DNA of 64,000 bases from an uncultured Methanolobus sp. (GCA_963675495.1 OY776215.1:2176001-2240000); one strand, 5' to 3'; shown: positions 10,016-20,345, numbered from the stretch's first letter. The notes: generated from the sequence alone by a model not told the origin. Translations and numbers: made by a program.

Positions 10016-11275
10016 TTATTCAGGCATCTTTGCACGCTCGAAGTTCTGCGCTTCTTTGAGTACCTTGGTTGCATCGATGCCCATTTTGGTTGTGGTCCCG
10101 TCAGGTGCACCCCTCGGGTCAAGTGAGCTTCCCCTGACATTCGGTATTATCATTATATCCATGTCAGCCTTCACTCTGGTAGCAATGGCAAACTCCACAT
10201 CATGCAGGTCAAATATGTCAATGTCCTCATCAACCACTACTACGTGCTTCAGGCTTGTGTGGGCTGCAAAGGCTGCCATGATAGCATTCTTCCCGTCACC
10301 CTCTGTCTGTTTTTCTATCTGAACCACTGCGTGCAGGTAACAGCATCCACCTTCTGTGAGCACAACATTCTTTACAGTTGTGACCTCGCTCACAGCGTTG
10401 AATATCCTAGGTTCGTAAGGAACTCCCATCATCAGGAGGTGCTCAGGTCCGGCAGGGAGTATTCCATGGTAAATAGGGTCCTTGCGGTGCAATACTCTTG
10501 TAATATGTATGACAGGTTCCTGTCTGACAAGGTCGTAGGTGCCAGTGATGTCTACAAATGGTCCTTCATCGACTCTCTCCTTAGGGTCAATGTAACCTTC
10601 AAGCACTATCTCTGCATGTGGGACCTTTATTCCGTTTGAACACTCGAACAGTTCCACCGGTCTTCCACGAAGGGCAGCTGCGTAGTGGAATTCTTTTCCT
10701 GCAGGCACACGTGTCGTAGATGCGAAGGTGACTGTAGGGTCAGCACCAAGAACGATTGCAATTGGGAGTTTTTCTCCTTTGTCAGATGCTTTCTTGTGTA
10801 AAACATAGCTGTGCCTTGGAGCTACAAGCCTTGCTGCAAGTCTTGTCTTATCAACAACCAGGAGTCTGTGAATAGCTGCATTCATCACACCATCATATTC
10901 TGTAACGACAATTCCGGCTGTGATGTAAGGCCCTGCATCCTTTTCAAAATGGGTCATTATCGGTAATTTTGACAGGTCAACATCATCCTCAATGACTTCC
11001 ATTGTAGGGGATTCCTTAACGACAATGACCTCGCCATCAGGTGATACTTCAGAGAGTCTCTTGATTATCTTATCTTTTTCCACACCGAACATTGTTGCAA
11101 GTTCATCCCTTGAACCTAACACGTTCATGATTGCTTTGTTCCCATCGATATCGTGGAAAAGTACCGGTCCGGGTGTCTTCCTTGCAATACGTGGTGCTTC
11201 GAACACCTTTGAAACAGGTTCTGTTATCTCAACAAGTTTCCCGTTCTTCCTGAGCTGGTCGATAAATTCCCTCAT
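10016..11275 (-). CDS. UbiD-family prFMN decarboxylase, likely trans-anhydromevalonate phosphate decarboxylase
   Basis: DAGPYIT, EGPFVDITG and GSSLDP motifs; adjacent to the AcnX pair. Confidence 0.85.
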   Translation of the reverse strand: MREFIDQLRKNGKLVEITEPVSKVFEAPRIARKTPGPVLFHDIDGNKAIMNVLGSRDELATMFGVEKDKIIKRLSEVSPDGEVIVVKESPTMEVIEDDVDLSKLPIMTHFEKDAGPYITAGIVVTEYDGVMNAAIHRLLVVDKTRLAARLVAPRHSYVLHKKASDKGEKLPIAIVLGADPTVTFASTTRVPAGKEFHYAAALRGRPVELFECSNGIKVPHAEIVLEGYIDPKERVDEGPFVDITGTYDLVRQEPVIHITRVLHRKDPIYHGILPAGPEHLLMMGVPYEPRIFNAVSEVTTVKNVVLTEGGCCYLHAVVQIEKQTEGDGKNAIMAAFAAHTSLKHVVVVDEDIDIFDLHDVEFAIATRVKADMDIMIIPNVRGSSLDPRGAPDGTTTKMGIDATKVLKEAQNFERAKMPE

Positions 11276-11488
11276 GGTATCATCCGTGTAAAAGTTGTAG
11301 TATATTAGTGAGTAATCTCAGTTTGGACTAGCATATGAGCCAATTATATTTGAATGCATATACTAAAAGAGGATTATGTAAAGTAGTCGTGGGATTAATA
11401 TGAAAATAACAAATTAAAAGATTCCTGAGTTATAGTAATCAATAGCTTCGTTCTAAAAGAAGTTTTTCAGGATACGCGTGAATGCATC

Positions 11489-12442
11489 CTAATGCTCAAC
11501 TAGGATCTCGTTTTCTTCAGATTTAATTTCTCCGAACCAGTAAGGCTTTGACACCATTTCATTTTTTAGTGTACGATAAACACCGTAGAGGGTGTATTCT
11601 CCAGGTTCAAGTTCCCAACATCTGGAATTGAATGTGGCATTAATTGATTCTCTTGGCTTTAGTTCTTCGGTGTTATCATTGGTCATCGGAACTCTTGAAA
11701 GCACACCACAGGAATAATCCGCATAATTATTGGATTCAACTGATTTGAAGTATATATCATAACTGATCTGCTCATAGAGTTTCCATACATTTAGAGTATT
11801 GTTTCCTGTATTTGTCAATGTAAGATGTATATCAAAGGTTTCGTTGTCTTTCACTTTTGTTTTTTCCGGCACGACTGATAAGTTCAACATACCACGCTGG
11901 TATTGGGAAACATAGATTATTTCAACAGGTTTTCCATTGTACACTTTCTCAGTACTCCTTATATTATATTCTTCATTGCCGTTAACAATTTCTCCGTCTA
12001 TATAACCCATGGATTCTGAGCCTGTAAACCATGCAGAGCTCTCCATGTTGTTAACGACTGTTCCTTCGAATATGAATACTTCTTGTGGGTCAAGTTCGTC
12101 GAAATAGAGATTTTGTCCATTGTTTAAAGATACCTTTCTGGCTCCCTCGGGAAAAATAACTTCCTTAAGTTCCAATTCTAAACTCTTGTTCATTATTTCA
12201 AGTGTGATAGTGCCACCATCTACATATTTTTTGAAAAGTGCCGGGTCAGGAGTCACAACTTCATAATTTCCCTCAAGCCGGAAATACTCTCTGTCAGTAG
12301 AAAGATTGTAATCTATAGTCTCAAATATTGAATCTGCATTCTTCTTTGTTGAAGAATCACTGTAGTCCATATCAAAACATCCGGTAATTGATACTGTAAT
12401 GAATACACAAAGGAGAACAACAGAAATGGTCAGAGTTTTCAT
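11489..12442 (-). CDS. putative lipoprotein with C-terminal Ig-like domain
   Basis: Signal peptide/lipobox MKTLTISVVLLCVFITVSITGC from ATG 12442; C-terminal LTLTNTG..LKPRES..LEPGEYTL. Confidence 0.65.
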   Translation of the reverse strand: MKTLTISVVLLCVFITVSITGCFDMDYSDSSTKKNADSIFETIDYNLSTDREYFRLEGNYEVVTPDPALFKKYVDGGTITLEIMNKSLELELKEVIFPEGARKVSLNNGQNLYFDELDPQEVFIFEGTVVNNMESSAWFTGSESMGYIDGEIVNGNEEYNIRSTEKVYNGKPVEIIYVSQYQRGMLNLSVVPEKTKVKDNETFDIHLTLTNTGNNTLNVWKLYEQISYDIYFKSVESNNYADYSCGVLSRVPMTNDNTEELKPRESINATFNSRCWELEPGEYTLYGVYRTLKNEMVSKPYWFGEIKSEENEILVEH

Positions 12443-12600
12443 AGCATCACTATATGCAAACATGCGCGATTTCGCATATAAATGCATCCTCATACAAAAT
12501 AATAATACACAGTAATCTATTTTATTTCGTATGTATATTTTGAACAAATCTTTAGATTCATAATCATTTTTCAAATTAACGAAAAGGACAAAGGTTTATT

Positions 12601-13419
12601 TCAGCACCAAGTATGATAATATCCTTTATCCTTACCAACCTCGACCGAAATGCCAAATAACTCCGTCAGTTTCTCAGTGGTGAGTATGTTTTCAATATCA
12701 CCGTCAGCAAATATCCTGCCGTCCTTCAGGAGAACTGCACGATGAATTTCAGGTACGATATCTTCGAGATCATGTGTTACCATAATTATACTCTTTCCGG
12801 CAGATGCTATTTTGCTCACAGTTTCCCTGAACTTGTGCTTGCTTTTCAGGTCCAGGCTGTTTGTGGGCTCGTCCAGCACAAGTATCATGGGGTCATGTAC
12901 AAGTGCCCTGCCGATGAGTACTCTTCTTGCTTCTCCGGTTGAGAGTTCCGAGATGTTCTTATCTGCAATATGTCCAATTTCCAAAAAATCAATTATCTCA
13001 TCGGTTCTTTCCAGCATATAAGGTTTAATGTGAAGATTGGGGTAGATGCCGATACTACTGAAAAATCCGGAAAGTACTACATCTGTTACTGTTATGTCCC
13101 GCATGTACTCTAACTGCAAGTCTCCTGAAACAATACCCAGTAGTTTTTTGAGGTCGCAGAGATTCCATCTGTTTTTTCCAAGGACTTTGAATACCATTCC
13201 TTCAGTCTCTGCAATTGGTCGATAGTCGCCAATTATAGTTTTGATGATGGATGATTTGCCCGAACCATTCGGTCCTATGATGGCTATGTTTTCTCCTTTT
13301 TCAATATTGAAAGAAATGGAATCAAGTATTATCTTGTCATTTTTTCGGACTATTAGATTCTTCATTTCGACAAGTGAATCGGGGAACATTTCCGTTTTTT
13401 CTGTCATATCTTTATACAT
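12601..13419 (-). CDS. ABC ATP-binding protein (ModF/YlmA-like), no adjacent permease
   Basis: GPNGSGKS, LSTGE, LDEPT and VTHD motifs. Confidence 0.88.
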   Translation of the reverse strand: MYKDMTEKTEMFPDSLVEMKNLIVRKNDKIILDSISFNIEKGENIAIIGPNGSGKSSIIKTIIGDYRPIAETEGMVFKVLGKNRWNLCDLKKLLGIVSGDLQLEYMRDITVTDVVLSGFFSSIGIYPNLHIKPYMLERTDEIIDFLEIGHIADKNISELSTGEARRVLIGRALVHDPMILVLDEPTNSLDLKSKHKFRETVSKIASAGKSIIMVTHDLEDIVPEIHRAVLLKDGRIFADGDIENILTTEKLTELFGISVEVGKDKGYYHTWC

Positions 13420-13708
13420 CTACCAATCACACAGTTTTTTTTAATTTACTTCAGATTAATTGTTTTCAGATAATGTTTCAGGACTAATAATTCTTTTTCA
13501 TTATTCTGATAAACTGCAGTATGCACAGTTGTGTTGTTGTTTTTAGAAATTGAGTTTTCATTCCAGCACTCAAATATCCGTGCAACTGGGAATATCAAGA
13601 ACCCTTTTAGCAAAATATATATAGGAAGGACCTAATACTACATTGTAATAATGTGAAAAGAGTATATGAATGAATAAATATATTCTACTGAATAATTTAG
13701 GTGGTACT

Positions 13709-14302
13709 ATGAGAAAAATAAACGTATTATTATTACTTGTTGTTTTGATGCTCTCTATGGCACATACAGCAAGTGCATTGGCACCGGCAACAGAATTTGA
13801 AGATGGATGTTATTGCGTGAACCTGGTTGGAGATTATTCTGCACCACAGTTAACTCCAACATCTGCGGCTCCTGCATTGTCCGCGATTCCTGCAACATTC
13901 CATTTAGATGTTAATGCAAAAGTGTGCAAATCAGGAGATGAAATTACAGTCGAAGAATTCAACGATGTTGCCAGTGATCCTGGTGTTGTGCTGGACACAT
14001 GCATAGTAACAGGCATAAATGAAACTACAATTGAACTTTTCGCAAACGGTACATGCATGGACGGCAATTACTTTGAAGGACAAATGACCTTGGTCGGAAG
14101 TAATGGAAACTACGCAACTCTCACATCTGCAGTAGGTGCTGTTAACATGACAAACCCATCGTTGGGAACAATAGCTGTTATAGGAGATTTTACAGCAACA
14201 ATAACATCATGTGAACAGCAGATACCAGAATTCCCAACTGTTGCTCTTCCAATGATTGCTATAATTGGACTTGCATTTGTAATACAGCGCAGGAAGGACT
14301 AA
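13709..14302 (+). CDS. PEF-CTERM cell-surface protein, copy 1
   Basis: GGTGG SD then ATG 13709; signal peptide; C-terminal IPEFPTVALP-TM-RRKD. Confidence 0.88.
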   Translation: MRKINVLLLLVVLMLSMAHTASALAPATEFEDGCYCVNLVGDYSAPQLTPTSAAPALSAIPATFHLDVNAKVCKSGDEITVEEFNDVASDPGVVLDTCIVTGINETTIELFANGTCMDGNYFEGQMTLVGSNGNYATLTSAVGAVNMTNPSLGTIAVIGDFTATITSCEQQIPEFPTVALPMIAIIGLAFVIQRRKD

Positions 14303-14316
14303 AGTTCCATATACAG

Positions 14317-14354
14317 GTGTAGGTTTTAACCTGCACATTTTTCTTTCTTTTTTT
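14317..14354 (+). terminator. hairpin + T-run
   Basis: GTGTAGGTT-TT-AACCTGCAC followed by a T-rich tract. Confidence 0.65.
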
Positions 14355-14519
14355 GTTAATTGATTTTTTAATTTCAGTACTCAACTATTATTATCGCTAA
14401 AAAAGATCAAGAACTTTTTAGCAAGCTGTATATAGAAATGATTTGTTACTACTGTGTAACAATATGTGGAAAGTATAATGGCGCATAAATATTTTCGATT
14501 GAATTATTTTGGTGGTACT

Positions 14520-15125
14520 ATGAAAAAAATGAACGTATTATTATTGCTTGTTGTTTTGATGCTCTCAATGACACATACAGCAAGTGCATTGGTTCCGACA
14601 ACAGAATTTGCAGATGGATGTTACTGTGTGAACCTGGTTGGAGATTATTCTGTAGCACAGCTTGACCCAACAGCTGCTGCCCCTGCATTATCCGTAATCC
14701 CTTCTGCAACATTCCATTTAGATGTTAATGCAAAAGTATGCAAATCAGGAGATGAAATTACAGTCGAAGAGTTCAACGATGTCGCTAGTGATCTAGGTGT
14801 TGTGCTGGACACATGCATAGTAACAGGCATAAATGAGGATACAATTGAACTTTATGCAAACGGTACATGTATGGACGGTAATTACTTTGAAGGACAAATG
14901 ACCTTGGTAAAAAGTAATGATGGAAGCTATGTAACTCAACTCATCACACCTGCAACAGGCACTGTTAACATGACAAATCCACCTCTTGGGTTAATACCTG
15001 TAATGGGAGAGTTTACAGCAACAATAACACCATGTGAACAGCAGATACCAGAATTCCCAACTGTTGCCCTTCCAATGATTGCTATAATTGGACTTGCATT
15101 CTTCATACAGCGTAGAAAAGAATAA
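14520..15125 (+). CDS. PEF-CTERM cell-surface protein, copy 2
   Basis: GGTGG SD then ATG 14520; paralogue of copy 1; IPEFPTVALP-TM-RRKE. Confidence 0.88.
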   Translation: MKKMNVLLLLVVLMLSMTHTASALVPTTEFADGCYCVNLVGDYSVAQLDPTAAAPALSVIPSATFHLDVNAKVCKSGDEITVEEFNDVASDLGVVLDTCIVTGINEDTIELYANGTCMDGNYFEGQMTLVKSNDGSYVTQLITPATGTVNMTNPPLGLIPVMGEFTATITPCEQQIPEFPTVALPMIAIIGLAFFIQRRKE

Positions 15126-15184
15126 TCTGGAAATTCGGGACTCAAGTCCCTAATTTATTTTTAATATGAGACTCAATTAAATTA

Positions 15185-16246
15185 TTAATCCACTGCTTTT
15201 TCTGTAACAGGTTCTTTTTTAATGTTTTGTGCATCTCTTTTTTTGAACCAGAGTTTACGGCTATAATAATTCAGAGGATGGCTTATCTTTTTACACATTT
15301 CATCCGGGCTGTAGCAATTGCCATAGGTTTGCATGGTTGAACAGGATGGTGGCTTGTAGTTGGTTCCAGAAGAACCGGCAATATGTTCTACCTGATACCT
15401 GGCTTTTTCAATATCAAAATCAGGAGATGTAGTAAACAGGTTCATAATATCATCAACAGACATTCCAATAGTAAGGAGAAAAGCAGTCATTGCAAATCGC
15501 ATGGAATGTGCAAGGTTCACACCTGCCTGTGTATTGGCTATGGCATGAGTTATACAAGGGGGAAACAGATCAGTTTCAACAGATTCAAATTCAGAGTCAC
15601 CGAAATTGCTTTTTTGTTCTTCAAGAACGTCACTAAGTTCCTTTATATAAGATTCACACTCCTGGATAAGTTCATTGGAAACTGGCATTGGCAGGTTATG
15701 GGCAATACGATCTTTTATAAGCTCCTGCAAAAGACGCGCAAACTCTTCCCTTGACACATTTACATTGCCATGATCCAGTTTGCGATTGACCAGTTTCCAC
15801 TCGATTGCTTTAAGAGAACTTGCCATCCGGATATATGAAGTGAAATGCAGCTTAAATCCAGTTTCGGTTTCATCTGCATTAACTCCAAAATCAAGGGCAA
15901 ATTCTCTGAGAAAACTAAGGTCCTGCATTTTTAAGATTTTATAGGAAGCTACCGCTTCCGCAAGACAGTACCGGCGTGTTAAAAAAGAATCGTCAATGCA
16001 TGAAACAAGTATTCTTGAAAAAGGGTACGAAAGTAATTCCAGGAGGATTTTCTGTTCATCCGAGATGGAAAGATTGGGCTTTATTATTTCACCTGATATT
16101 GCCTGGAGAACGCGTTCTTTGCCACGAACACGTGCATATTCCATGGCCCGGGACGTAACCAGGCGATCAAGAGATATTCCGAGGTCCTTTACATGCAAGG
16201 ATGCCCCGGAAGTATATGGATATAATGCAAAGTCCTTTTCATCCAT
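15185..16246 (-). CDS. priL: DNA primase large subunit
   Basis: FPPCI, LAHSMRF, YQVEHIAG, PPSCSTM..C..C (Fe-S domain). Confidence 0.93.
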   Translation of the reverse strand: MDEKDFALYPYTSGASLHVKDLGISLDRLVTSRAMEYARVRGKERVLQAISGEIIKPNLSISDEQKILLELLSYPFSRILVSCIDDSFLTRRYCLAEAVASYKILKMQDLSFLREFALDFGVNADETETGFKLHFTSYIRMASSLKAIEWKLVNRKLDHGNVNVSREEFARLLQELIKDRIAHNLPMPVSNELIQECESYIKELSDVLEEQKSNFGDSEFESVETDLFPPCITHAIANTQAGVNLAHSMRFAMTAFLLTIGMSVDDIMNLFTTSPDFDIEKARYQVEHIAGSSGTNYKPPSCSTMQTYGNCYSPDEMCKKISHPLNYYSRKLWFKKRDAQNIKKEPVTEKAVD

Positions 16247-16249
16247 AGA

Positions 16250-16987
16250 TCAATCAGATTCAATCCTTGGAGCCAGAAGATAACCGATCTTTCCTGCACC
16301 GTTTGCAATAGAGAAAGAGATCTTTACCGGGAAATCTTTTCCAATTTCCACCGTTATCTCGTTTGAGCGAGATGCTGGTTTTACAATATCTGAAAGATAG
16401 TCCAGTGAGAATAGGGAACGTGCTTCACCAGGTTTCATGTCGATAAGCTTGTCACGGGACATGTCAAGACGAACACGGTCAGTATCGCCTTCTGCTTCCA
16501 TGTAGAACACGTCGTCATCAATTCCAAGCAACATATGGTCGCTTATTTTCTCAGCTGCTTTTACCGCTCTCTGAAGATCCTTTCCATTAAGGACAACTTC
16601 AGCAGGAAGCTCTAGTTGTGGTATTCTTGGCTCTGCCCTGATAGTTGAAGGATCAAGCAATGCAAGGGTATAAGAAAGCCCTCCAAGCTGAAGTGACATT
16701 TTCTGGGACATCTCATCAAGCTCCATGACAACTTTCTCGTCCTTGCCTGCAACACCAAAAATATCATTTATCTTTGACAGGTCCATTCCAATCTCACAAT
16801 CATCAGCACTAAAATCATCAAAAGCGCCGGAGCCAAGCTCAAAACTGACCATGGCTACATTTGCAGGGTCTACTGCCCGAACAGTCATTCCTTCAGGAGA
16901 GATCCTGAACCTTGCCTCGTCAACAAGAACCGAAAGAGTTTCAATTGCAGATTTTAAAATATCTGCATCAATAGTTGCCTTGAACAT
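16250..16987 (-). CDS. pcn: PCNA sliding clamp
   Basis: AVDPANVAM and C-terminal YLLAPRIE. Confidence 0.97.
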   Translation of the reverse strand: MFKATIDADILKSAIETLSVLVDEARFRISPEGMTVRAVDPANVAMVSFELGSGAFDDFSADDCEIGMDLSKINDIFGVAGKDEKVVMELDEMSQKMSLQLGGLSYTLALLDPSTIRAEPRIPQLELPAEVVLNGKDLQRAVKAAEKISDHMLLGIDDDVFYMEAEGDTDRVRLDMSRDKLIDMKPGEARSLFSLDYLSDIVKPASRSNEITVEIGKDFPVKISFSIANGAGKIGYLLAPRIESD

Positions 16988-17100
16988 CTAAATTCGCCAC
17001 CAATTAATTCAATTTTAAGGTCATTATATCTAATAAGCAATATATGTTTTTTTCTAATCATTGTGAAGATTAAACAAATGATATCTCAAATACCATTAAT

Positions 17101-17415
17101 TTAGTCATATTCACGCCAGGTACAACCGCATTTAGTGCATTTGAAAAAACGTGTTTCTGATTCATCTGCAGACCTCAGTTGGCGCAACCACCAATAAGCA
17201 ACGTTATGGCCACATTCGTCACATCTGGCAGAGGTTGTCGGAAGTCCCTGGTCAACATCACCTTCAAGAACAGTAACATCTCTCCTTTCCCTTGATGCCT
17301 TTGATACTAAAACCTCTGAACCAGCCTGCTTTCCTTTAACGTACCCACACTTTTTGCACTTAAAGGAATCACCTGAAGGAAACATCATACTTTTACATTC
17401 GGGACAAAATTCCAT
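17101..17415 (-). CDS. tfs: transcription factor S
   Basis: Two Zn ribbons; QLRSADESETRFFKC; start MEFCPEC. Confidence 0.95.
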   Translation of the reverse strand: MEFCPECKSMMFPSGDSFKCKKCGYVKGKQAGSEVLVSKASRERRDVTVLEGDVDQGLPTTSARCDECGHNVAYWWLRQLRSADESETRFFKCTKCGCTWREYD

Positions 17416-17818
17416 AAATATCACTTCTCGCATTTTCTATTATTATGTTATGGTCAAAAGCCATTTCTGGTATGTTCTGAATGTCGAATAACTGCACTCC
17501 TTTAGCATCCGTATTGGCTTTAGGGATACCATCTCCAAGTACCAGATAGACTATGCTCACCGTGTGCCCACGAGGATCACGCGAAGGTTCAGAATATACT
17601 CCAAGTAACTTAACTATTTCTATTGTAAGTCCTGTTTCTTCATTAACCTCACGTTCAACGGCCTTTTCAATTGTTTCACCGATATCTACAAAACCACCAG
17701 GAAGCGCATATTTTCCTTGATAAGGGGGATTTTTTCGTTCGATGAGAACGATTTTTCCGTTCAATATGATTACTGCATCAACTGTAAGTTTGGGAGTATT
17801 GGAAGGCATGAGGAACAA
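17393..17818 (-). CDS. Nudix hydrolase (ADP-ribose pyrophosphatase-like)
   Basis: Nudix box GGFVDIGETIEKAVEREVNEETGL; RDPRGH; AFDH. Confidence 0.92.
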   Translation of the reverse strand: MFLMPSNTPKLTVDAVIILNGKIVLIERKNPPYQGKYALPGGFVDIGETIEKAVEREVNEETGLTIEIVKLLGVYSEPSRDPRGHTVSIVYLVLGDGIPKANTDAKGVQLFDIQNIPEMAFDHNIIIENARSDIYGILSRM

Positions 17819-17875
17819 AAACTTAATAGACTACATCAAATATATAGAAGCCATACCTATTAAAGGTGTGCTTAA

Positions 17876-18697
17876 ATGATTGAGAATATTCTATGGATTG
17901 CTGTGGTTTTTATGCTTGTGGGATCAATAGTTCCCAAGAGTGTAAAGATGCGCAGAGTAATATCTGCAACTGGATGGGGACTATTCTCCATACACTGGTT
18001 CTACCAGCCATTACACTATATTGAGATTAAGGACTACTTCAACGTGGCCCTTGTCATTATAGTTGGAATTGTGTGCCTTATAATAGCATATACTATGCTG
18101 AAAGAATACCATAGTAAGGGTGACACAAGTCCAAGCCCGGACATAACGTCTATGGCAACCAGTGCAACTGCGCTTGGTTCGTTGTTTTATTTCCCCTTTG
18201 CACAAATGGACATCCTGAATGTGTGGATAATAGGCCAGGTGACTGATAATGTGCTGTGGATGCTGCATTCACTAGGAGTGCCTGCCAAAATGCTTGCATG
18301 GAACAAGATAGCTCTTAACGGATATCAGGTAGAGATCATACTTGCATGTACAGCTATCGAAAGCATAGCACTTTTCATAGGACTTATTGCATCTGCAAAC
18401 GCACCAATTAAAAAACAGGCTGCGGCATTCATGGCATCAGTACCTGTGATATATATCCTGAATCTAATGAGGGATGCTTTTGTAATTATGGCTTATGGTT
18501 ATCAGTGGTTTGGCCCGGATAGTTTTGAGATTGCCCATAATACTATCGCAAAGATTGGATCAGGTATTGCATTGTTTGTCATTGCATATGCGGTTATGCG
18601 CATTTTGCCTGAACTCATAGATTTGATAGAAGGAATCTGGCTTTTGGTTACTGGATTCATTCAAAAGTTATTCTATAAAGTAGTAGGAAACCAATAA
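17876..18697 (+). CDS. artA: archaeosortase A
   Basis: Polytopic membrane protein with IILACTAIES, NLMR and HNTIAK; adjacent to psd/pssA. Confidence 0.88.
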   Translation: MIENILWIAVVFMLVGSIVPKSVKMRRVISATGWGLFSIHWFYQPLHYIEIKDYFNVALVIIVGIVCLIIAYTMLKEYHSKGDTSPSPDITSMATSATALGSLFYFPFAQMDILNVWIIGQVTDNVLWMLHSLGVPAKMLAWNKIALNGYQVEIILACTAIESIALFIGLIASANAPIKKQAAAFMASVPVIYILNLMRDAFVIMAYGYQWFGPDSFEIAHNTIAKIGSGIALFVIAYAVMRILPELIDLIEGIWLLVTGFIQKLFYKVVGNQ

Positions 18698-19306
18698 ATG
18701 CTCGCTAAAGGTTCTTTTCCCTGGATACTGACATCCATCACTGTAAGTGTGGTCAGTTCGCTTACGTACTTCCTATACAACATTCCATACACAGGAAAAA
18801 TTGCATTTTTGACCACATGCGTGACAATCTTTTTCCTCTTTTTTTTCAGGGACCCAGAACGCGAAATAAATGTACATGAAACACATATGATCTCTCCTGC
18901 TGATGGAAAAGTTATGGATATAAGGGGCAGGAAAATATGCATATTTATGAATTTTCAAAACGTGCATGTCAACAGGGCACCTATTAAAGGGAAGGTTCAA
19001 ACAATAGAACACAAGAAAGGGGGATATATACCCGCTTTCTGCAAGGATTCACATCGTAATGAGAGGAATCATGTCCTCATAGAGACCGAACACGGGATCG
19101 TAGAAGTTATACAGATTGCTGGTGCTGCCACCAGAAGAATTGTATCCTACATAAATGAGGGAGAGGACATAATGCAAGGGCAACGTTTTGGAATGATCCG
19201 TTTTGGATCGAGAGTCGATGTGACCATCCCTGAAAACTTTGAGATCGTAACTAAAATAGGTGACCGGATGTTTGCCGGTGAGACAATAATCGCCAGAATC
19301 AAATAA
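18698..19306 (+). CDS. psd: archaetidylserine decarboxylase proenzyme
   Basis: FFRDPER, SPADG, NVHVNRAP and RFGSRVD cleavage motif. Confidence 0.92.
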   Translation: MLAKGSFPWILTSITVSVVSSLTYFLYNIPYTGKIAFLTTCVTIFFLFFFRDPEREINVHETHMISPADGKVMDIRGRKICIFMNFQNVHVNRAPIKGKVQTIEHKKGGYIPAFCKDSHRNERNHVLIETEHGIVEVIQIAGAATRRIVSYINEGEDIMQGQRFGMIRFGSRVDVTIPENFEIVTKIGDRMFAGETIIARIK

Positions 19307-19320
19307 AGGAAGTAAACCAG

Positions 19321-19977
19321 ATGCTCCATACTTTGAAATTACCCGATTTTGTCACCCTCCTAAATGCATTATGTGGGGTAGTAGCTATTCTTCTTTTACT
19401 GGATGGCTTTACGTATTTGTCACCGCTACTCATTCTTATTGCTGCAGTTGCAGATGGTCTTGACGGTCACATTGCCAGAAAATTCTCATCCAGTGAAATC
19501 GGGGGTAATCTGGATTCCCTTGCCGATGTTATATCCTTTGGCGTAGCACCTGTTATTATTGCATATGCATTTGCAGATAACAAATACATTGTTCTGCCCG
19601 CATTGCTATTTTACTTTATTTGCGGAATCCTTAGGCTTGCCAGATTCAATACAATGGATACAGGATATAATTCTTTTAACGGTTTGCCCATTACAGCCGG
19701 TGGAATTGCCATATCCTCATACCTGCTTATGGGGGAACGATTTTTTGCTGTCAATGTCGTGATCGCCATATCACTATTACTTGGGATTTTAATGATAAGC
19801 AATGTGGCATATTTTAAATTAAGAAACCAAAAGATGCTCATAATACTCACGATTATCTTTGCAGCAACTATCATTTCATACAATGTAAACATTGAGTACG
19901 CACATATGATGGCAACTTTACTGTCAGGACTTATGGCAATTTACGTTGTATCACCCATAATCAAAAGAACTAAATGA
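19321..19977 (+). CDS. pssA: archaetidylserine synthase
   Basis: CDP-alcohol motif DGLDGHIAR..GGNLDSLAD; RLARFN; GLP. Confidence 0.9.
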   Translation: MLHTLKLPDFVTLLNALCGVVAILLLLDGFTYLSPLLILIAAVADGLDGHIARKFSSSEIGGNLDSLADVISFGVAPVIIAYAFADNKYIVLPALLFYFICGILRLARFNTMDTGYNSFNGLPITAGGIAISSYLLMGERFFAVNVVIAISLLLGILMISNVAYFKLRNQKMLIILTIIFAATIISYNVNIEYAHMMATLLSGLMAIYVVSPIIKRTK

Positions 19978-20345
19978 GGGAGATCATGCAGCAAAAAGAA
20001 ATAATAACCGACAGGGATAATGTATTTTTTGAGGCAGGAATAAAACTTGGTGCCCTTTATCACCAGTTCACAGGATCGCCTGTCAATCTGAAAACAGTGG
20101 ACAGCCTTGAAAAAGCAATACAGGAAAGTATTTCGGTCCAGCCATGTGTTGAAGATATCAGGGTTTCTATCAATAGGGACATGATCCGATCCAAACTAAA
20201 CAGTGAGTATGGTTATTGTGAATTGGAAGGACGCATGCTGGATGTCAGGATCACTGCGAGCTTTAAAAGTGCAAAAGTGGATGTAAGTCTGGCATTTGAC
20301 ACAGAACTTGACTACCCACTTATGAAAATAGAAAAAATCTATTGA
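19974..20345 (+). CDS. mptD: archaeal dihydroneopterin aldolase
   Basis: [16 protein letters not shown] and YPLM. Confidence 0.85.
   Translation: MREIMQQKEIITDRDNVFFEAGIKLGALYHQFTGSPVNLKTVDSLEKAIQESISVQPCVEDIRVSINRDMIRSKLNSEYGYCELEGRMLDVRITASFKSAKVDVSLAFDTELDYPLMKIEKIY

Larger units (their letters stand above)
13555..15125 (+). repeat. ~810-bp tandem duplication including upstream region
   Basis: Shared blocks in the upstream DNA (CAGyACTCAA, ATCAAGAAC..TTTTAGCAA, GGTGGTACTATGA) and long identical coding stretches. Confidence 0.9.
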
